This document shows positions 59,095-64,000 of a DNA stretch of 64,000 nt, piece after piece (the first letter of the stretch is position 1; every line of letters starts with the position of its first letter). Below the pieces are notes generated by a model. That model was not told where the DNA came from and searched no databases. It worked only from the letters and a program-made list of their open reading frames with translations. The stretch comes from Oscillospiraceae bacterium (lineage in GTDB: Bacteria > Bacillota > Clostridia > Oscillospirales > CAG-272): positions 1,373,520-1,437,519 of the forward strand of contig CP091718.1 in the NCBI GenBank assembly GCA_022009675.1. Direction: 5' to 3'. The position numbers and the translations under genes are program-made.

Positions 59095-59563
59095 TCAGCG
59101 GAGGTGGCGGTGGTTGCGCAGACGCTCCCGCAGGGAGCGGTAGAGGATAGCCAGCACCGATCCTGCGACGATGCCGCTGGCAATTCCCAGCGCGACGGTG
59201 ACGGTGTTGAGACCATAGGTGACGGCATCGCTCAGGCGGCTCTGCACCAGACTGCTCATGGTGCGGTACAGGACGCTTCCCGGCACCAGCGGGATAACGC
59301 AGGGGATGGTATACACTGTCACCGGGACGCGGGTGCGGCGGGCGAGCAGCTCGGCGTACAGGGCGCCTGCCAGCGAGGCAAGCATATTGCAGACGAATTC
59401 ACTGGCAAGGACAGTGTGCACGAGCAGGTAGACGGCATAGGTCAGGAAGCCGCCCAGCGTTGCCAGCGGCAGTCGCCGCGGGCGGATATAAAAGAGAATG
59501 GACAGTCCCACGGTGCTGACCGTGGAGAATACCAACCGGATGACGATCTCGCGTGCGCTCACA
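59095..59563 (-). CDS. Threonine/serine exporter family protein, small subunit (ThrE_2/DUF3815-like)
   Basis: Four hydrophobic helices. The GTG start overlaps the upstream TGA (GTGA at 59559-59563). Confidence 0.65.
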
Positions 59564-60450
59564 GCAGGACACCTCCTCCCAGATGCGTATACAGTGCCAG
59601 TGCCGCCATGTAGCCCAGTGCCATAATCAGTGCCCGCAGGAGAGCCTGGACCAGCCGCAGGGAGCCGGAAACGGTATCTCCGCACAGAAGGTCACGCAGG
59701 GCGTCGCCGAAGGAAAGACCGGGGATCTCGGGCATGATGGTGCCTATGATGATGGTGTCCAGATTCTGCCCCAGCCCGCAGACAATGCACAGCACCGCCA
59801 GCAGTCCGGAAAGAAACGAACCGACCGCCGTGATGCCCATCGGGTTGATGTTCTCGCGCACCAGCTTGTGGTGCTGTCCCAGTACGATCATGGCGCCGAT
59901 CAGGGCGGAGCACAGCCCGTCCCGCCACGTGCCGCCGGCAAATACGGTAAACCCGCCTGCTCCCAGCATTCCGCCGACATAGCACAGCCATTCCGGAATC
60001 CGCCGCAGCTTGCGGATGGCTGTCAGTCGCTCGCGGACGCGGTCGGGCGGCTCCGGCACGGCGCAGACCGCGCGTGAAAGCGCATTGATCTCCTCCAGCC
60101 GCGCAAGGTGCAGGTACGCGCTCTCAACGCGGCACATCCGGGACACCGTTTCACCGTCCGGCATGGTGACTTCCGCCGTGATGAGCGACGGAATGGCGAA
60201 CACGCCGACCCGGACGGCTCCGTAGGCGCGGCATATGCGTGTCATGGAGTCCTCGACCCGATGCACGTCGCCGCCGCTGCGCAGGATGGCTAATCCGATC
60301 TCCATGGCAACGTCCAGCGTGTCCTGTCCGCCGGGGCGGTATGCGTCGCCTGCGCCGGGCGGCGTGCCGACCGCGGCGGCGTTTGCCGCATCCGTATCGC
60401 GCACAGTCCGATCGGCGGGCTGGCTGTTGCTGTTCTCCACAGGTTCCAAG
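59559..60450 (-). CDS. Threonine/serine exporter family protein (ThrE/DUF1212-like)
   Basis: LDVAMEIGLAILRSGGDVHRVEDSMTRICRAYG is typical of the family. The preferred start is TTG 60450 (AGGAGGA 6 nt upstream); the listed ORF extends to 60542. Confidence 0.7.
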
Positions 60451-60648
60451 GATATTCCTCCTATCGGTTCTCCGGGCGGTGTCCGCCGCACGGAACCATT
60501 GGATTTCACGCATATTATACCGCATTCCGGTCGCTTTGTCAACGAAAAACCGCAAAGCTGCGGGGCGTTGCAGGGGCAGGGAAGGGAGGCGTCGGGGCTT
60601 CCTGAATGAATTTTTTGGAAGCACGCTAAAAAAATATCGCAAAGACAC

Positions 60649-60677
60649 TTGCATATAAGAGCAAAATGTAGTATAAT
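60649..60677 (+). promoter_or_regulatory. Sigma-70 promoter upstream of pssA
   Basis: TTGCAT, 17-nt spacer, TATAAT (60672-60677). Confidence 0.55.
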
Positions 60678-60822
60678 GGAGACGTCCCTGCGGCGCGATT
60701 GTGCTTTTCGCGAAAAAAAGACGCCGCAGACTGCCCCGGCGGGGTTCCTGCGTGCGAGACGGACTGCCGCCCCCTGTGAATTGCCATGATGAATCCGTGT
60801 GAGGCTGATAAAGGAGTATCCT

Positions 60823-61519
60823 ATGATTGGTTTTTATAATTATACCGTGTACCTGACGTATTTCAGTCTGATCGTGTCCGGCGTGGGACTGTACCAGGCT
60901 GCCAACGGCAGACCGCTGGTCGCCATTTTTTGCCTGATGGTGTCCGGACTGTGCGATATGTTCGACGGAAAAATCGCACGCACCCGACATAAGAGCACCG
61001 AAATGGAGCGGAATTTCGGCATCCAACTGGATTCCCTTGCGGATATTGTGTGCTTTGGTGTCCTGCCTGCCGTCATCGGCAAGAGCTTTTTCGATGAATT
61101 CGTGGAGAGAAAGAACATACTCATGCCCCCGCCCCGCGCTGACTGCCAGCCATGTGGTGGTATGCAGCCTCGGTTGCCTGCTCATCCTGTGCGCGCTGAT
61201 CCGCCTCGCTTACTTCAACGTCACGGAGGAGGAGCGGCAGAAGAATACCGACGAGCGCCGCACTTCCTATATCGGTCTGCCCGTGACCTCCGCATCGCTG
61301 ATCTTCCCGCTGGTGTATGCGCTGACCTACACGCTGGCGCGCGTCCTGCCGGATCACGTGATACTGTATTTCTATGCGCTGGTCATGCTGGTGGTGGCGG
61401 TTTGCTTTGTCGCCCCCTTCTCGGTCCGCAAGCCGCACGGTAAGGCGCTGATTTTCCTCAGCTTTGTCGGCGTGGCGGAAATCGCCTATCTTATCTGCGT
61501 GATCCGGTTCCTGCGGTAA
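60823..61519 (+). CDS. pssA: CDP-diacylglycerol--serine O-phosphatidyltransferase (frame break in C-runs near 61126-61135)
   Basis: CDP-alcohol transferase motif DMFDGKIAR...GIQLDSLADIVCFG. ORFs 60799..61443 and 61037..61519 join at ...ILMPP|ALTASHVVV...IRLAYFNV. Confidence 0.85.
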
Positions 61520-61539
61520 GCCCCCGAGCCGGATGCCGG

Positions 61540-61585
61540 CACCGCCCTCCTGCGGTAAGCGGGAGGGCGGTGTTGATTTATTTTG
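61540..61585 (+). terminator. Rho-independent terminator
   Basis: caccgccctcc / loop / ggagggcggtg followed by ttgatttatttt. Confidence 0.7.
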
Positions 61586-61640
61586 GGGGATTTTCCGCGT
61601 CCGACGCCCTCCGTATTCAGACAAAATATGCATTTGCGGG

Positions 61641-61669
61641 TTGACTTTCCCGGACGCATATGCTATAAT
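61641..61669 (+). promoter_or_regulatory. Sigma-70 promoter of the large lipoprotein gene
   Basis: TTGACT, 17-nt spacer, TATAAT (61664-61669). Confidence 0.6.
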
Positions 61670-61765
61670 GAAGTCATGAAACGCATTGCCGCCGGATTCC
61701 CGGCACGGCATCTACCGGATACAACCGCCATGCAGACGGCAAGGTCTGCACGGAAAGGAGTTACT

Positions 61766-64000
61766 ATGAACCATCGCGCCCCTGCCAACCGCCGCTTGTT
61801 TTTTTGCCGATCCGCCTTTGCTTGCTTGTGCTGACTGTCGCAGTGTTTGCAGGTGGGGCGGTGTTTTTGTCTGCCTGCCGGACACCCGGGCAAGCTCCCG
61901 ACTCTCCGTCCGCTACCGCCACGGAAACGGAAACCGTCACAACTGAGATGTCCGGCGTTACGGAGCCGGGGAATTCCGAAACGGAAACCGAGCCGGAATC
62001 GGGTGCCGGCGAGGAGACCGCCCATCTGCACGCCTACGGCGACTGGGCAATCCTGCGAGCCCCCACCTGTACGGGGGCTGGCGAACGCACGCACACCTGC
62101 ACCGTCTGCGGGCACGTTGAGACCGAATCCGTTCCCGCAACCGGGCACACCTCGGTCGAGGATGCCGCCGTTCCGGCAAGCTGTACCGAGGACGGCAAGA
62201 CTGCCGGGGCGCACTGCGCCGTGTGCGGCGACGTGCTGACCGCGCAGGAAACCGTTCCGGCGCTGGGACACCTGTCCGAAAAAACAGAAGCCGTACTGCC
62301 CACCTGCACGCAGAACGGGCATGGCACCGGGGTTCGTTGCGGTCGTTGCGGGCTTGTGCTGGCGGAGCCTCCGGAGATTCCGGCAACCGGGCATCAGCCC
62401 GAGACTGTACCCGGAAAAACTGCCCACCTGTACCGAGGCGGGGCTGACGGACGGGGCTATTTGCTCGGTCTGCGGCACCGTGCTGACCGCACAGACCGAA
62501 CTGCCCGCTGCCGGACATCACCCGGACGGAGAAGCATCCTGCACGCAGGAGGTACACTGCACGGTATGCGGTGCGCATCTGGCGGACAAACTCCCGCACA
62601 CGCCGACTGCCATCCCGACGCAGGAGCCAACCTGCACGCAGGACGGGCACACGGGCGGCACCGCCTGCGCGGTCTGCGGGGAGATCCTGACACAGCCCAC
62701 TGTCACGCCTGCCACGGGGCACGCCTTCGGTCCTGATGCGACCTGCACGGAACCGCAGGTCTGTCTGATCTGCGGGGAGATCATCTCGCCCGCATCGGGA
62801 CACTTCCCGGCTGTTGAGCCGGGAAAAGCGCCGACCTGTACCGAGCCGGGTATTTCGGACTATATCCGATGTGCCGTATGCGGTGAGGTTCTGCAGGAGC
62901 GGACCGTCCTTCCGGCGACCGGGCACACTGCTGTGGATACGCCCGAAATCGCACCGACCTGTACCGAACCGGGATACCGGGGCGGCACGCACTGCGCGAC
63001 CTGCGGCACGGTTCTGACTGCTCCCACGCGTGTAATGCCGACCGGACACCGGTTGGTGTATGACCGTCCGGTTGCTGCTACCTGCACAGAGGACGGGCTG
63101 ACGGACGGCTTCCACTGCGACGTCTGCGGCGTTGTCACGCAGCCGCAGCAACGCATTCCTGCCACCGGTCACTCGCCGGTGACCGACCGATCCGTCCCGC
63201 CGACCTGTACGGCGGCAGGGCGAACCGAGGGCTCGCATTGCACCGTCTGCAACGCCGTGCTTGTCCCGCAGGTCGAGATCCCGGCTGTCGGACACACCTT
63301 CGGAGCCTGCCCCGAAACCCCGCCGACCTGTACGCGCCCGGGCTATGAAGCCGGCGAGCACTGCCTTGTTTGCGGGTATGAGCGCACTGTCCGACCTGTC
63401 ATTCCCGCGACCGGGCACACGCCCGTGACCGATCCCGCTGTTGCCCCGACCGCCGATGACTACGGATGGACGCAGGGTTCGCACTGCGCGGTATGCGGTA
63501 CGGTGCTTGTGGCACAGTCACGCCTGCCCAAAACGGACACCGTCCTGCATCCGGGCGATCCGGAACAGTTCCGGGGTGTCATGATTGTGTCGGTTTATGG
63601 AACAGGCAAGAAAAATACCGATGCCGCCGCTTCGCACGGCTTTGTCCAGTTGTACAACAGTACCGACCGGGACATCCGGCTTGCCGGTGCGGCGCTGTAC
63701 TACCGCAAGGACAGCGGTGGCTATACCGAGTTGCTCTTCCCGGAGGATGCCGTGATTCCTGCCGGGGGCTACTACCTCGTGCGTGCCGCATCGCCCAAGG
63801 GATATAATACCGCCGGTGCCCTCATCAACGTGCTGTATGCCGACCTGGATTGGAATGTCTTTATCGACAACAAGGAGGTACACCTTGTTCTGGCGCCTTC
63901 CGGCTGGGATATTTACCCGACAGAGGATATTACCGCGCTGACCGATGCCGTGTCGGTGTTTGTCTCCTCCGAGAAGGAAACGTATGCCTCGGTCTTTGCC
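61766..64000 (+). CDS. Large lipoprotein with 13 tandem Cys-rich (C..CxxCG..PATGH) modules and a C-terminal lamin-tail-like domain; 3' end lies beyond the window; two frame breaks
   Basis: RBS plus ATG 61766, reading MNHRAPANRRLFF|LPIRLCLLVLTVAVFAGGAVFLSAC (lipobox; break in the T7 run 61799-61805). The frame of ORF 61804..62736 holds until the A5 run 62415-62419. I then translated 62420-64000 by hand as a stop-free frame. That stretch is not in the ORF track because it has no stop inside the window. Confidence 0.8.

Noticed and set aside
62021-63537. Regularly spaced repeats of about 90-100 nt, considered as a possible CRISPR array or other non-coding tandem repeat.
   Set aside because: The repeats are in one continuous open reading frame. 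They are conserved at the amino-acid level (C..CxxCG..PATGH) and degenerate at the DNA level, with no spacer/repeat structure.

Overview
GC-rich Firmicutes chromosomal window; a Clostridia, Oscillospiraceae/Ruminococcaceae-like origin is my inference from gene content and protein motifs. Order of content: (i) The 3' end of a glycyl-radical-enzyme microcompartment operon: GRE, activase, EutS/PduU shell protein, EutP/PduV GTPase. It is translationally coupled to a ParA-type ATPase and a small disordered partner. (ii) A minus-strand sugar/envelope operon: nagA, membrane protein, CapD-like dehydratase, PflX-type radical SAM, GH127-like hydrolase. (iii) Housekeeping and accessory genes: pseudouridine synthase, tex, SGNH lipoprotein, murE, P-loop ATPase, an ECF sigma with a beta-propeller protein, two orphan MsmX-like ABC ATPases, a PHP phosphoesterase and an AlkD-like repair protein. 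(iv) Five tRNAs in two clusters. (v) The origin-type cluster rpmH-rnpA-yidD-yidC-jag-mnmE. (vi) A complete S10-spc-alpha ribosomal super-operon (rpsJ to rplQ, including secY, adk, map, infA, rpoA). (vii) thrE-like exporter genes and pssA. (viii) A large lipoprotein gene running off the right edge; it carries 13 tandem Cys-rich modules and a lamin-tail domain, and most of it is missing from the ORF track. The sequence has roughly 40 single-base frame breaks, mostly in homopolymers and many in essential genes, so it is probably an error-containing long-read consensus. Most split ORFs are therefore reported as single genes. Main hunt results: the ParA/partner pair attached to the microcompartment operon; two in-frame TAG codons in otherwise intact genes, while none of about 70 gene ends uses TAG; the Cys-module/LTD lipoprotein; an operator-flanked promoter driving an ORF-less ~210-nt transcript; an inverted-repeat element after rplQ; and unusually long structured spacers inside the ribosomal operon.
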